A stretch of DNA of 64,000 bases from Phoronis australis (GCA_002633005.1 NMRA01000174.1:62001-126000), one strand, 5' to 3'; positions 38,419-52,801 are shown, counted from the first letter of the stretch. Notes: generated from the sequence alone by a model not told the origin. Numbers and translations are program-made.

Positions 38419-39290
38419 CTACAGTGAATGAAAAATGTGATTGGAAAGCGAACTTGAAGGCCATAGTCTCTGCACTAACCTGACCATTTTTATATTTGCC
38501 TCAAGAATTCAAAAAATGAACTATCAGAATTACCAAAAAAGTTCTCTAATCAACTTTAAAGACTTACAAAGCAAAAATTGTGAAGGAAAAGCTTCAAATA
38601 TTTCAGGTTGAACATTCAATAAACGGATTTGCATAAACATTGATATGGTAGAAAAATTTATATTTTAGCCTAAGACCAATATACTTCCAGATTTGGCCAA
38701 CTTGTCACGAAACAAGATTCACGCCAATATAAGTTGGTGTTGCTATGTAGACTAAATACATGATGCAAGAATAAGGAAGTGCGCAAATAAATATCTAACT
38801 TATTCACAGTGTTACTATATTTATTATAGTTTTTGTCATTGTTCATAGACTTTATTGGCCACCCTGGCTTATTTGTTTAGCCAGTAATTCCCTGTCAGGC
38901 TCTTTTTATATGGGAGAGTCAGTTTTCACAGAATAAATGAAAAAGCAAGCAACGCAACTTTACCAGGCTTTCAGAATATGATGACACATTGTTGATTTCA
39001 GGTGATATTGACATGCAACAGCTTTTGATATATGGTGAAATCCAGTTTTCACAAGCATTCACATCAGTTTTGACCTCCTGACCATTATTCACCATGTAAA
39101 TAATTGCCATACCATGAGGACTTTACAATAAACTGTAGATCTTCCTTACAAATAGTGAGCAATGATGGCAAAGATGGCGGCTTGTTGTGAATTTGTGGCA
39201 TTCATGCTTTTTGAATGCCAGCTTTGACAATTGTAATCCTTCAGTTTATACTCTAGTAGAAAGGCTCTCCAGCAGCTAGCTTGGTATTAA

Positions 39291-39631
39291 CTGACTAGTG
39301 CTGACCGACCGGTGCTGACCGACCGGTGCTGACCGGCCGGTGCTGACCGGCCGGTGCTGACCGACCGGTGCTGACTGGCCGGTGCTGACCGACCGGTGCT
39401 GACCGACCGGTGCTGACCGACCGGTGCTGACTGACCGGTGTTGACCGACTGGTGTTGACCGACTACTACGGACCGACTAGTATTGACCCACTAGTACGGA
39501 CCCACTAGTACTGACCCACTAGTACGGACCCACTAGTACTGACCGACTAGTATTGACCCACTAGTACTGACCCACTAGTACTGACCCACTAGTACGGACT
39601 GACTAGTACAGACTGACAAGTACTGACTGAC
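39291..39631. repeat. 14-bp minisatellite with two variant blocks
   Basis: (GTGCTGACCGACCG)n grading into (GTACTGACCCACTA)n. Confidence 0.95.
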
Positions 39632-39653
39632 TTAAGTACCCATTTATACTTAC

Positions 39654-39724
39654 TTTTCCCAAGATGCAACAATGTCAGCAACATACTCATCTTCTTTTAT
39701 GTAGTCAAACTCATTCATGTAATT
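39654..39724 (-). CDS. MyTH4-FERM exon, FERM1 F1
   Basis: NYMNEFDYIKEDEYVADIVASWE(K)|gtaagt; E-x-V-x-D-x-x-x-x-W-E motif. Confidence 0.88.
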
Positions 39725-40989
39725 CTAAAACAATCACATGCAAATATATAATGCAATCCACATAACAAGCTATGCACCAGCATCCATATCTTTCAAGCTG
39801 ATTCAGCATTTCACATACTTGCCAACTCTCCCGAATTGAGCCTGAGCCCCCCCCTCCCCCCTCCATCCTCCCCCGATTAATCATAACTTGTAGCAACTTT
39901 CCTTATTTCTTTAAAACTGTAGTTAAATGTCATCCTTTCCACAAACAATGTATTCGGCAGTACCTCCAATTCCTATTTGACTATGAAGAAAAGGGGTCCT
40001 TTACAGGGGCGCCCACTCTTTTGACTGAACTGGGAGGCAGGAGTTTAATTTTCTGGAACATATATCGCAGCTACAATCAGTTTTCGCAGAAAAAACAAAG
40101 CCAAATTTTTCTTCCATTTATAAGGATTTTCAGCTCTGGAGGAAGAAACAAAGTCCTCAATTCGTTAATGTGTTTCGTAAAGCCAAGTAAGCTGGGTCAA
40201 TTTCTTGTCAGTCTGTATTAAATACTTTTATTAAGTTGAACATAAATGTTAGACACAAAACATGTCTGTCAAAAATAACCAACAATTTTCAATTTTACAA
40301 ATGGTAATATCAAATCTGGTTTCTTTACCCTTTAACACATTTTGATTAATATCACCTGTAGCACAGTGTAGGAGGGATTTTATAATTAGAAAATATATTA
40401 GGGGACAGAACATTACGGCGTTCTCCTGTTCAGTGACTTTACCAGACCTAGAGGGTTGTGGGCATGTGATAACATCTAGCTTCTTTGTTAACTGCCAAGC
40501 ACAGTTTTTTGTCTGGTATGACAACAGGCAGGCCAATTATCTACCAAGTTTACAGCAGACCATGTGTGAACACAGTCAAACCCAGAGCGAATTGCTATGT
40601 TCAAAAGGAACAGATTGTCATAACTTCGGTAACCGTTGTACTTGTGCCATTTTGGCGATTCAAAAACTAAACATGATCAGCATTTGACAAGGAATTCAGA
40701 AATGCTATTGGTTTATGTTCGAATATGTTATAACTTAACTTTTATTTTTAACAGTAGTCAGGCTAGATATGACCTTGTGGGAGATTAGAGCAATTATAGA
40801 ACAAAAGAGAGCTGGCCCTCCAACCATAAATGCCAGAATGGAGTTAATCAGTCATGTAAGATATTGGCTATAGGCGTCATCTTCCCAACATGTTGTTGGG
40901 CTATGGAATCGAACAAGTTGGAATCAATGGGAAACCGCCGTAATGAGTGGCCTATCTAAGAATTAACTAGCAGTTCACAAGATTAACGC

Positions 40990-41405
40990 ACAAGAGCAAT
41001 GCAAAGTGCTGAAATGCGCCTCGACTGAGATGCAAATGGTGTGTTTCTAATGGTGTTTTGATTATCATATAAATGGCCACTCAGGGCGCAGCATATGTCA
41101 AACCCATCCGAAATTAGGAAAGCATCGTCATCTCTTTATTACAAAACTTTTTTTTCAAATTTCAAGCAAATCCATCAAGGAACTCCAAAAATACAGATGC
41201 AAACGTAAAAATCTAAAATTACCACTAGGGGCAGAGTGATAGTCGAAACAGTCCGAAACTCCTAGTCGTCCGTCATCCGCTTCATAGGAAGATATCTATC
41301 AAATCTCATTATGATCCTGCGAGGGGATACCAGGTACATGGCCACAAACGCCAGGACAGAGACGACGACAATATATACCCACACATAAATACGTGGGCGG
41401 ATAAC
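40990..41405 (+). mobile_element. HINE/DINE-like element, second copy
   Basis: ACAAGAG start, CCACTAGGGG core, 3' hairpin ACCCAC...GTGGG. Confidence 0.55.
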
Positions 41406-42053
41406 TAGCTTTACGACTAATAATCCGCACAGTCTGACAGACGCCAATGTAATCACATGGGAATGCATTGAAATCTTATTTTGCAGCCAATGTCTATCTA
41501 AATTATTCATAAGAAATGAAGATCACCATCTCCAATAGCGAATGGACCAGGATTTGGCAACATAAAGGTAGTCGTGGTGAAATAATGGAAACTTAGTATA
41601 TCAAAGATCTATTTCACAGCACCTTGTACTTCATCAGTAGATTTATACAAGAAGCGCTGACATCATCAATTCTCCTTACCATGAGCACTAATCTAAGCTC
41701 TTCTTTGTATGGAGGAGGGCAATTACCAGATCAGCAATGACTTAACAGCAATGCGCCACTGATAGAAATAATTTGCACTATCGTACACTGAAACTAGTAG
41801 TTTTTTAACACAATGACTTCTGAAATAGATTCCGTCAAAAAAAGTTAGGTTATGATCATTTTTCCCCAAAGAATAACTGTAAGTTGCAATTGACAAGCTC
41901 ATCAAGGAACGTTCCAGAATGATTCCACTAAATGAATCTCCTACTAATGGTACATCAGACTTTTAATTTCCAGTTCAATACACTTTAAGCAAACCTTGGA
42001 TGGCATTTTCCACTATCATAAACAAGAGCTACTACAGGTTGAAAAATTGTTAC

Positions 42054-42212
42054 CTCAAAAACAGCCCATCCCTCCGCAGACTGTATATGGACCTTCTCTG
42101 TTACCAGATGAACCATCTCACCGATGGTCATAGTGGGATGAACGTTGATTAATTTGATCTTCTCATCAGGGAAATATACACGAACCATGAGTGGGGAAAA
42201 TGTTCTGAAGAC
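42054..42212 (-). CDS. MyTH4-FERM exon, FERM1 start
   Basis: VFRTFSPLMVRVYFPDEKIKLINVHPTMTIGEMVHLVTEKVHIQSAEGWAVFE. Confidence 0.92.
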
Positions 42213-42339
42213 CTGGAAGCAAAGAAAAAGAACTCTGAAGTGACATGAATGTGTTATTTTATGCATTCTGATGACACTTGAGCTACGATACTTAGTTGAA
42301 TAGACAGCGAGGGAATACACCAAGTCAGAAGTCCAATAG

Positions 42340-42672
42340 GTGGCTCGATGGTGGTGCATGGTGATGCAGGTGCTTGTGATGGTTGGTGAAGGCAGTTAAA
42401 ATCATATGGCATTCAAAAAATAAAACAAGTAATCACAGAATTCAACTGGTTGGAAGTAATGCTGAGTTTACTTGGTCAAACTGGTGATAAAGATGGTATT
42501 GGTGGTAATGATAGTGGTGGTGGTGGAGTTGCAGTTGTTGGAGGTGGTGGTGGTGGCAGCAGGGATGGTGCAGGTGGTTGTTGTCAATCACCATTGGCAG
42601 TGGTAGTGATGGTGATAGTGGTGGTTGTGATAGTGGTGGTGATAGTTATCGTTTGTTTCTGGCAATGGTAGT
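42340..42672. repeat. Degenerate (GGT/GAT)n low-complexity tract
   Basis: Imperfect trinucleotide runs in an intron. Confidence 0.8.
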
Positions 42673-44672
42673 TAGGAGTTCGGTGACTATTGTCGAGTAC
42701 ACAAAAGGATCTATAACGCTGCCGTTCATGGTTGACAGGTGCTTGTACCAGGCACCCAAAAAGAGGGACACAACTAAGGTTCCTAAATCTTTTGCGTATT
42801 TGTGTCGTTCTGTACTCACAGATGTAATATTTTTCTATAATTTTATCTTTATTATGAGCTCCACTTTACCAATGACATTTTCTAATAATGTAACTAAAAA
42901 CTGAGCCCTTAATTCAGTCAAAATAATTAGAAATTTGGTTTTTAAATTGCATGAAAGGATCCATACTTATGTTCAACAATACTAAGAATTCAACAAAGAG
43001 TTCACTGTCGATTTGTACCAAAGCTAAAAATTAAGTTAATAATGAAACACAAACAGCATAAGAAAGGAAATCAATGTTATTTTAAAAAGCCCACAAATAC
43101 ACAGTATATTTAGGGAACTTAGTTGAGTTCCTATTTGACGGGGACTGCTTCATGCAATCGGTCACTGGAAGTCAAATGCTTTATCATATATCACTAAAAA
43201 TATTAAATATTAAGATTTTTTATTATTCATTAAATACTTCACATCTGAGTTTCTTTTTAAGTGTACTAAGATAAAGCTCATTTCCCAATCAAATCTCTTT
43301 TCAACATTGACAAGATTTTCAAAAATCCTTGTTTTTAAATAATCACTTGAATTTCAAAAAGGCAAAACTCAACTAGAAGTGGGAGTATGGACTCAGGTAA
43401 CTGTCTAGACATCAATTTAGTTGGAGATTGCATTAAATAATTAACATAGTAACCCACCCACCTTAATCCCTAATGAAAATTAAACTTTAATGCCATGTCC
43501 GCATGTCAGTTTTTTAAGACCTTCTTAAGCAGACATGTCATTAAAATTTAAACTAACACATTTGTCAGTGTCAGCAACTTATACGCTAATCAAGATGATT
43601 TCCTCTGTGAATCCCTCCAACATTAAAGCAAATGCTCATTTAGCTCAACATTTCCTTGTCAGAGTTTGCAGGGGATCTGCAAGAGGTAAAGTGAGCAACA
43701 GAACCATATACAAGTACTGTGTGTCACAATTGCACATAGCGTTTACTTTTACTAGAAGGTTGCTGCTTTGGGGGTGTATGATCTAATGAGGGGATGGGAG
43801 AACAAATACCCTACAAACTATGCCCTGTGCAGACTGGACCCGAGTCATTACAAAATCACTCTCACCATCTGTTTTTCTCAGGCTATCTACAAATGGAACC
43901 ATTTACTCTACAAAACTTCAATTATAGGAAGGTCACTCACCCAGCAATAATTCACTCCTCGGTGCTTTTAAAGAAATTGAAACTGTTTTCTGCAGTCTAA
44001 TTCATGAAACTGACAGAGGTACATAGCCTCTCAGGTCAGTTCTCTGCCACATAATGGGTTAGGGTGTCCCATTCTCAGCTTAATTCAAAATCAAAACACA
44101 TAAAAAATCTTAAGTTGACACCCTCATCAGTCGAGTATGGGCAACTCTGCCAGTTCGATATCTCCCAGCAAACCAATCAATTTCAGGTAATGTTACCCTT
44201 CTCTGGAGATCAACTTGGGTAATCAAGCACAGAATTGCCCATCATAAACATGGTTTGCAACACTGCTGGGGCGACAATTTGAATAGTTCGTGAAAAGTAC
44301 ACAAAGGTTTTTGAAATTTGAAAATCGGACAAGAAATACAAATTTCATAACTTAAAATCCCTTTGCCACACCAATTTTGTTACAATTGAAGTTTCAATGT
44401 GAACCGTGGTTAATCCCAAAGTTAAGCGTGAGTGTTCACATCAACTTCGGAGTTAAAGTTCAGCAAAGTTATTTATTGAACTCGCTATTTTTAGTTGCCA
44501 TTCCTGCACTCCACAATCTAAGTAACCTCTGCTTGAATTCCATAATAAATTCAACACTATTACCTGGACTGCACTTATACACAAAGATCAGAACAAAGCA
44601 CTTACCCAAGTTGTGAGAATCCCCAGGCATAGCCAGTGTAAAGGTGTGTGTTTAACACCCTGTTTAACTTAC

Positions 44673-44801
44673 CATTATCTCATCAGTGGATGGAGGATAC
44701 TTCCTAGGTTTTCTGTTTTTCTCCTCCAGATGTTTCAGACAAAATGCCACATGCTTTTCCAAATCAGGATCCTTACAGTGTAACAAATGACTCTTCAAGC
44801 A
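44673..44801 (-). CDS. MyTH4-FERM exon, MyTH4-1 end
   Basis: CLKSHLLHCKDPDLEKHVAFCLKHLEEKNRKPRKYPPSTDEIM|gtaagt. Confidence 0.92.
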
Positions 44802-45129
44802 CTGCAAAATACCAAAACTACATTGAAGACTAAAAATTTATGATTTTGATATCTATCATGTACACTAATTGGTGGATTTAGGCTTTTACTGGTGAAAATT
44901 CAGAGGTTCAGTTTTCTTGAACTTGGATGACAAAGTCAGTAATAAATCCTTAACATTTCTGTCATCAATTCATTGTCAAAATTCAAAGATTTCTTCTTTG
45001 TAACACATACAAAGGCAAAGAACAAAATAAAATATTTATTCGAAACCGATGTTCATTTGGAAACAACCTTCAATTAACTGAATTACACCCTTACAAAACA
45101 TTCCAGAGGCCAGATCCAAAAATCTTGGT

Positions 45130-45780
45130 ACACATGTTTAAGCAAAACAATTGTCAGCAGGTCTTTTTTCATGCTACTGACACGAAATGCATGTTATGTG
45201 CTTTGTGTACGTTTTTTTCTACCTTTTTACCAATGCTATTCCAACTAAGGTATGTTTTTCTGAGGTAGTGTGAAGCTAGAAAACTGTTCAGGATTCGGAA
45301 CATCATATCTCAGAAATGGATGATTAGATTCAAATGAAACAGGAAATATATTTTAGACCACTAAAGCATAGTTGGTTCAATTCAGTACCCGACTCATTGA
45401 CACTCACCAACTACAAAAAATGCACCCCCCAGCCCCTGCATCCAATTTTAGTTTTTTGGAAAGCTGCACAAAAGCAAATATGTAAGCAAGGTTTAAAACA
45501 TGTACTTGTCTCAGGGTGTGGGTGTTTTTCAGCCTTTTTTCAGCAATGCCATTTCAACTAAGGTATGTTTTTCCGAGAGTATGTGAAACTAGAAAAATGT
45601 CCAAGTTTGATTAACTTCAGAACAAAATGTCTCAGAAATGGATGATCAAACTCAAATCAAACTTTCACAGTAGGCCATAACATACTTGGTTCTGATCTCT
45701 ACTCTGACTCATGTTTGAAACCAGCACTCCCCGACTAAAAAAACATGCACCCACATCCCACTTGCAATTTTCAAAATTCT
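45130..45780. repeat. Degenerate ~315-bp tandem duplication
   Basis: CAACTAAGGTATGTTTTTC...TCTCAGAAATGGATGA occurs at ~45242 and ~45555. Confidence 0.7.
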
Positions 45781-46831
45781 CCCTTTTAAATGCTTACATC
45801 AGTTATACAGTCACCCCCCAATTTTAGTAATTCAATGAATTCAAATGAATATCCATCCCTAACTCAGTTTTCAAAAACTTATCTCAAAGCTTAACCTCTA
45901 ATCTACAAATTTCTCAATATAAATATCCACCTCAGCAATAATTAAAACAAACACAATAAGTTTTCCAATTATGACAAACGTGAGAACCCCTACACATGAC
46001 TTTACAACCAGAACTAGGTCAAACATGAGTTCATCCAGGTACAAATAGCTGGTGTTTGTTTACCTAACTGGAAACTTAATTAGCCTGTCATTTGTTCAGA
46101 CCATTCAATAATCAATTAAACACCTGAGAACATAGCACCAATTGACACAATAGTCACTGCTGTACCAATACAAAGATTGAAAAACACTATGAACAAATCT
46201 GTTTCATTTTAAACCAAATGACAGGTAAAAAGGCTTACCATACTTGTCTTCGATTTTTTTTTTTCGAAAAGGAACCATACACAGCACTAATTAAGAAAAG
46301 CTACAAACTCACATAAACCAAATTAGCGGAGGTAAATCTTTCCGTTATAGCAAAGAATATTCACATATGCAGGCAAATAACAGTGCCGCCTGAATGTTTG
46401 GCTTGAATACCTACTGTATTTATTTACTTGTTTGTGAAAGGTTTACCTGTCACCTAATTTTGCTTATTGCTTTGCAACCAGTCAAGCATTTTTTAAATTT
46501 TGTTTTAGTCACTGATCTTTACCTTGAAGGAAAATAATATACCAGGATTCAGTATACTTTTTAAAGCTTTGAAGAATAAATCATGATACATGAAAATTCT
46601 ATTTGATTTTTTTTAAATATGGAGGAGTAAAGTTGTAAAAAAACAAGCTAAAGATTATTTATAAATGTATTTAGCTTGCATAATTGTGTTTCAAACAATC
46701 TTGGCAATTTCCACTCACAAAAGCATGAATCCAAATCATTTTAATGTTCCACAGGTTTTTATTATAGTTGGATACATCAAGTTAGTTAGACTGAGAAACA
46801 TTGATTAAATCAGATTTTGGCCAGATAATGG

Positions 46832-48467
46832 AAAGAAATTTAAAAATCTGCGCAACTACATAAGATTTCCCACTTAATGTTTCGCTTTAATCCCCAACGT
46901 ATTATCAAAACAATAAACCAATGTACACCTTAACAACTTATGAACACACAAGGAGTATACACAAACACAGCAAACTACTATAAGTCCAAGGCAACAGAGC
47001 CTCTGCTGCTGACTGAGTGAATGAGCAACTTGAGTGCTTTCCCATTAGATCCGAAACTTCACTTTTACCAAAGTTTCGGTAAGTGGGAAAGGTTAACTCT
47101 GATAGTTAATTTGCAAGTGAAACTTCACTCAAAACAGTAGGATTCAAAAGCAAAGCTTCGGACCTAACTGAAGCTTCTGTGTAGTAGGAACACTTAGTGA
47201 AGTGTCTTCAAAGTTATCGGTAGAGGTTGAAGCAACGAAAAAAATCACGCGAGACTCGCAAAACGTGTTCCCTTGTTATTATAGAGTAGCTGACGAGCTC
47301 TCAATAGACGGAGGTAAGTAAATAAAAGAAAGCATATCTGATCAAGAATGGCACTGATAATGCACACGCTGGGTGCATGCATGCACACTCATAAATGGCA
47401 GGCGAACAATTTTCAGTTAGCCTCGAACCTACTACTAAATATTCGTTCAGTTTGAGAGTGGTCTGTTGTCATAGCAATAACTTCGATATGGCTATTAAGT
47501 GGGAAAGGTAAGTGGAACTTCAATAAACCGAAGTTCCCCTAATGGGACAGCACTTTAGTTAACGTGAATGATCAGACTCTCATAGAGACCTGATCTCTGC
47601 AAAGTTTGGACTGAATTGGCAACATGCTGGTGAGACTGACAATTCCTGAAAACACTGCTACTCTCAGAGGTATTATGTTCTGCCTATGACCAACTCCCAG
47701 GTTCTGCTAACCCATCCCTAATCTTCTCTGGGTGAGGCCAATGTAGAATTTAGGACAACCTACAAACTATTTTATTCTTCAATAATATGGGAATGGATGA
47801 TTTCATTCACAAGTTGTGCAATGGCTTGAATGGGAAGATAGGCTGAACACTAGAATAACACCACTGACTAAGTCCCATAATTTATCTCTTGAGCTTGAGA
47901 TCACGAGCAGCAACATAGAGCAGAGAAAAATAAACTTTTCGTAATTCAGGACCAACCTTAAACGAGCGTCATTAGCTACTATGTTCATGTTGGCAAAATA
48001 TTCTTCACAACTGCACAAGAAATTCGATGGGTAACAGAGAACATATCAGAAATAAGGTCTATATTCAGGTGAGTTCCAGGATTTTGGGTTGGGGGGTCAG
48101 GGCAGAGTATTAGCCAGGGTGTTTCCCGTTAGAAATTCACACCTCCGAACTGCCAAACGGAATCTGGAAGAATTTTAAGGGGGGTCATGGTCCCCTTGAC
48201 CCCCCTCTAAATTCGCCACTGATATTAAAGAGCCTTTGGCAATTCAGGCTAACGGAGCTGCTTATTCACTCAATCGGCAGAGCTCTGTTGCCTTGAATCT
48301 ATGGCAGTTTGTTGTGTTTGAGAAAAGTAGTGGTTTGGTCAGTTAGTTTTTAGTGCTTGACACTGTTGAGTGTACATTGGTTTATTGTCTTGATAATGCT
48401 TTAGTGATTAAAGCATCATGTTGAACATGAAAATCTATGTAGTTCCGCTGATTTTTAAATTTCTTTA
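46832..48467. mobile_element. Element or repeat pair with ~200-bp terminal inverted repeats
   Basis: 46832-47030 is the reverse complement of 48257-48467 (AAAGAAATTTAAAAATC, ACAATAAACCAATGTACAC, CAAGGCAACAGAGC). Confidence 0.7.
47033..47554. mobile_element. Nested MITE
   Basis: TIR AGTGCTTTCCCATTAG...CTAATGGGACAGCACT; internal AAGTGGGAAAGG repeats. Confidence 0.7.
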
Positions 48468-51033
48468 TACTCCCCCAACACTATTTTGTAAGAGTAAACA
48501 GCAATAAATGCAATGCCAATCTTTAGGCATGGAGCTCAAAAATCACCATAGGCATCACAAACAAAGCAAGGGACTTTCCCATAGAAATACCTACATTCAG
48601 GTAGACATGTGGGACTCTTATCACACAAACGCCCCTGCTTCTGCTCTCAGTCTGTTCACTGGCACGTGTCAAAAAGCGAAACCTTTATTCAAATGCACCA
48701 CCATGTGAATATCAAGTCGCTCATTGTATTGATATACACATGAATCCATTAGCGTCCACTTAAGCACCCGACCACCTACCAATTTACCCACCCTGCCAAA
48801 ATCTACCCACAGCCAAAACCCAACCATATAACAGTACCTAGGTCTTCATTTTACGAAATCTAGATACTGTAGATCAGCCAATAAGTTTCGCAATCGCTAA
48901 TTAAGAGATTAGCTTTGACTCTTTAATTCCTAATGATACAACTGATCAATCAACAATATCTGCCTCAGTACATCATAGAATCAAGCTTGGAGGTCATAGA
49001 AAGTTAAACAGTATCACTTCAAAATGATGGGAATGTAACAGGAGTGCAGTGTATGTGTATATAGGTTAATTGCTAGATGATCAATCCACATAATTATAGG
49101 TAATTCCAAACATATCATTGTTGATGTTACATGATCTTCAAGGGGGAATCAACAATTAGTTGGACTTCAAAACCAGTCGGCTAGACTGCAAAACCAAATG
49201 GCTGGTGATCAAATGTGTTGTCATGACTTCAAAACGAGATAACATATCTTAAAAATTCAAATTGGCTGGACCCAAAACACGATGGACGGTGCTATAACCA
49301 GTTGACTGGTCTTTCATCATTCCTCACAAGAGTGCAGCTCTAGTTCATAAAATGATAATGTTCTCATACATTCACATGTCTAATATGATGAGCAGATTTA
49401 GGGGGCCCACAGGACCCGGAACCCAACGCCATGCCATTAGAGGATATGCAAACATTTTCCTTCTATAACTTAAGTTTGGCCCTCGTTATGACATCCTAGA
49501 TCTACCACAGAATATTTCTATATGATTGAAGAAAAGCAACTATTATGAAGCAGTCAATGTTAATCAGTACATGACATTGAACAAGCTTAAGAAATGCTAG
49601 CTCCGGTCCATCAAAAATTGCTGATGACTTCACGAGTATAAGAATATCTAGAAATTAAAGACATTTTAAAACAATGCCTTTTCACACTTTTTAAGGAGTT
49701 TTTTCTTAACTTACAAGGTTTACCATTCCAACACCAGTTTTCACAAAATTTAAAAACTAAATAACAGCGAGTTTGTTCTCAGGAAATGAAAGAATTAAAA
49801 ATGTATTTGCATGCTCCTAACTATGCTAATGTATAGCAGGAACTAAACGACAATGCTATTTGAACATCATTTACACTAAACAAAGTCCAGTTGGATTCAT
49901 TGACAACTTGTAAATGTGAAAACAAAAAATTCTGCAAAAAGGTGACCTTTGCACCAATGATGAGCCTTGGGGGCTGACATAGCCTGCATCATACAGTGTT
50001 ATTCCCCAACACCAAGTCACATACTTACTAGACATGGTTGAGTGATTTACAGTGGATCATTTTCGACACAAAACTTGTTCTTAAAAACATTTGGCAAATT
50101 TTCAATGTACTTCATATTCACATCGCGGCTATATGTTGTGTTTCTAACTAATTTGACTAAGCAATCACAGAGACAAGGAATTAGCATGCAAGTGTTTACA
50201 GATCCATTTTCCATAAAAAAACTTGAAACTTAGGGTTATTTACTGTCAGACACACAACTGGTTGTACCTTGTTCTTTACTCAAAATCAGAGGCAATTCCT
50301 TGGCTATTAAGAAGCTGAAAGATCATTATTGCTGGATATCAGCAGCAATTGACCTAGGCTTAACCCTAATTGTCTGATCTCTTTAACCCAGAAATCATTC
50401 CTCATCTGAGTCAGTTACATGCAAGTTGATACTAATTTAGCGCTAAGTGGCCTAAATCAAAAATTAGTTTCTTTGACACCCTAAATCAGGTTTTAACAAA
50501 CAAAATTCTAAGTTATTTTATGGACTATGCATCTTACACCTACAAAAAGAGACTCACTCACGAATGCGAGCAAAAATAAAACTTATTGTATTATCGCAGG
50601 TAAGTGATATCACTCAATGACAAAATGCTATGAGTGGATTTTACATTGCAAGACTTCCTTCCGTAGACTAAGAAACTCATGATAAAACCTATAATGTAAC
50701 CATAAGCTCCATTTGTTATGCATGGCATTACAGTATTATAAGATTGGGACAGATTATAAACTTGGCAGGGTCAATAATTCTACAGATGGACCGCTGCTAT
50801 GTCAGTGTTGCTTCAATTTCTTTTAATAACACTTCTGTGAGGTAAGGTAGATCACATCGTGTTTCCATACCAGGACTATCTTATTAGCGGGTTCGCAAAT
50901 CATTACTGACTGTGCTGCCAGGTTGTCACCAGATTCTGATGTGGGCATCAAATATAAACCACCAGGTGAATGCAAATCTGCATCAGGAGACCAAGTTCCC
51001 TCCGTAACACTACTCTACAAGATGTGTGTTTTC

Positions 51034-51820
51034 TATGGAAAGCCAAAGCAGAAAAAATTTCAGGACACAAAGCTTCTATTCAATCATTAAATTCTCTGCA
51101 GCAACAAAAACAATCAAAATTTATAGTGCCAGGTCCTATAATTTAACATGTAAGGACCCCAAATTTATTATGCCTTGACACAAAATTTATTACGTCTAGA
51201 AAATGTCATGCTTCAGGAAAATTTCACACGTCAGTATGGCCGGAAATTTCATACCAGGAGACCACATGACCATCTACAAGCAAAGAAATGACGTAATAGG
51301 TACACAATGTCTCGCTGACAACAGTCACATTATCGTGACAATGACGTTGAATTTCTGACGTCTCTTCCATATTTTACAACAGAAGCCAATGTTGGAGACA
51401 CTAGACTTGAATACGGCTGAACATTACAGAGACACAGCGGATTGTCATAATTACACGGTCTCCTGGCTTAAAATTTTCTCCTGGCTTAAAATTTTCTCCT
51501 GGCTTAAAATTTTCTCCTGGCTTAAAATTTTCTCCTGGCTTAAAATTTTCTCCTGGCTTAAAATTTTCTCATGGCAAGGAATTTTCTCCTCGCATGAAAT
51601 TTTTCCGGGCAAGAAATTCTATGTCCTTGCATGGTATATTTTGTGTCTTGGCATGATAAATTTTGTGTCCTGGAATGTTAAATTTTGGTCCTGACATGAT
51701 AAATTATAGGTTCTGTGGTGAAAAAATTTGGTTTTGTATATAATTTTCTGGTCCTGCAGAGAATTTAATTCTTGAATAAAAAGTAGTGTCCTGGAATTTT
51801 ATCCACTTTGGCTTTCCATG
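51034..51820. mobile_element. Long-TIR non-autonomous element with internal minisatellite
   Basis: ATGGAAAGCCAAAG...CAGGACAC vs GTGTCCTGG...CTTTGGCTTTCCAT; degenerate arms over 100 bp. Confidence 0.75.
51459..51570. repeat. 18-bp tandem repeat x6
   Basis: Unit TCTCCTGGCTTAAAATTT. Confidence 0.95.
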
Positions 51821-52801
51821 TTTTCAAAGGCTAAAGCATTTACTGGTATTGACTTCCAATACACATCATGTGTTAGGACTACAGGACATGACACACAGCT
51901 TGAGATCACATGGATATAACCAAATGATGCTTGTCAATTGTTTTGCAATAAAAACTACCGTTGTAAAAAACATGGCGTCTTTCCCAAAATATGATAAATC
52001 GTTGTTTAACCCATTACGAGCATCTCCTAGAAGTTTTTTTAAAAAATCTCTACACAGAAAAATGGAAGCTTTGGTCATTAACACATTTTGGACCCTGAAA
52101 ACTTACACATAGACCTCAGTGATAGTTAATAATTGTAAAATCTCTCCAGGAAGACTTGTGTGATGTTGCATTTTTACAAGATTGAGATTGGTGCATAACA
52201 GAATGCAGGTCTCAATTAATCTCAATGGATTATTGGTCTGCTCCAAATCAACAAAGAATGTGTATTCAGATAATAACCTGTGGGTGGTAAGATGAGACAA
52301 TGATTTGCACAATGGACACTTTGACAAATACACTAATACACCTGTTGGTATTTATTGATGATAAAGCTACCTTACCTTAGTTTGACCTGTCTTAGATCAA
52401 TACCCAAACATACATATTAGTATAGAAACTGCCTCATAGTAGTTAGAAAAGAATTTGAAATGAAAGGGACATTTCATGTGAACCCCTAAAACAATTTGTT
52501 GTTACATGAAGTCTTTAAAGAGGCATGGAACATGAAAGCTAGTCAAAAATGTCTTTTAAGCAATTCCTGACAAAAGTGCTATCTCGCAACATTTAGTACA
52601 GAGTAATTCGATTTCCCCTGTGAGGAAATTTCTAGAAAAATCACAAAATTCTCGATTTTTGAAATATGCGCCAAGGAAAAACTCTGTGCTTACCACAGAG
52701 TTTCTAATATCTCCCTCCCACTTACAATAAATGCGCTCACAGTCAGTTGCTTGACCTTGCTTGAAGTCAAAGGTCACATTTTCAATATAAGGGAAATGTG
52801 C

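Noticed and set aside
42450-42904. Gly/Val-rich ORFs with a TM-like stretch
   Set aside because: Translation of (GGT)n low-complexity intronic DNA.
51389-51694. ORF with (SWLKIF)n
   Set aside because: Produced by the 18-bp tandem repeat inside a TIR element.
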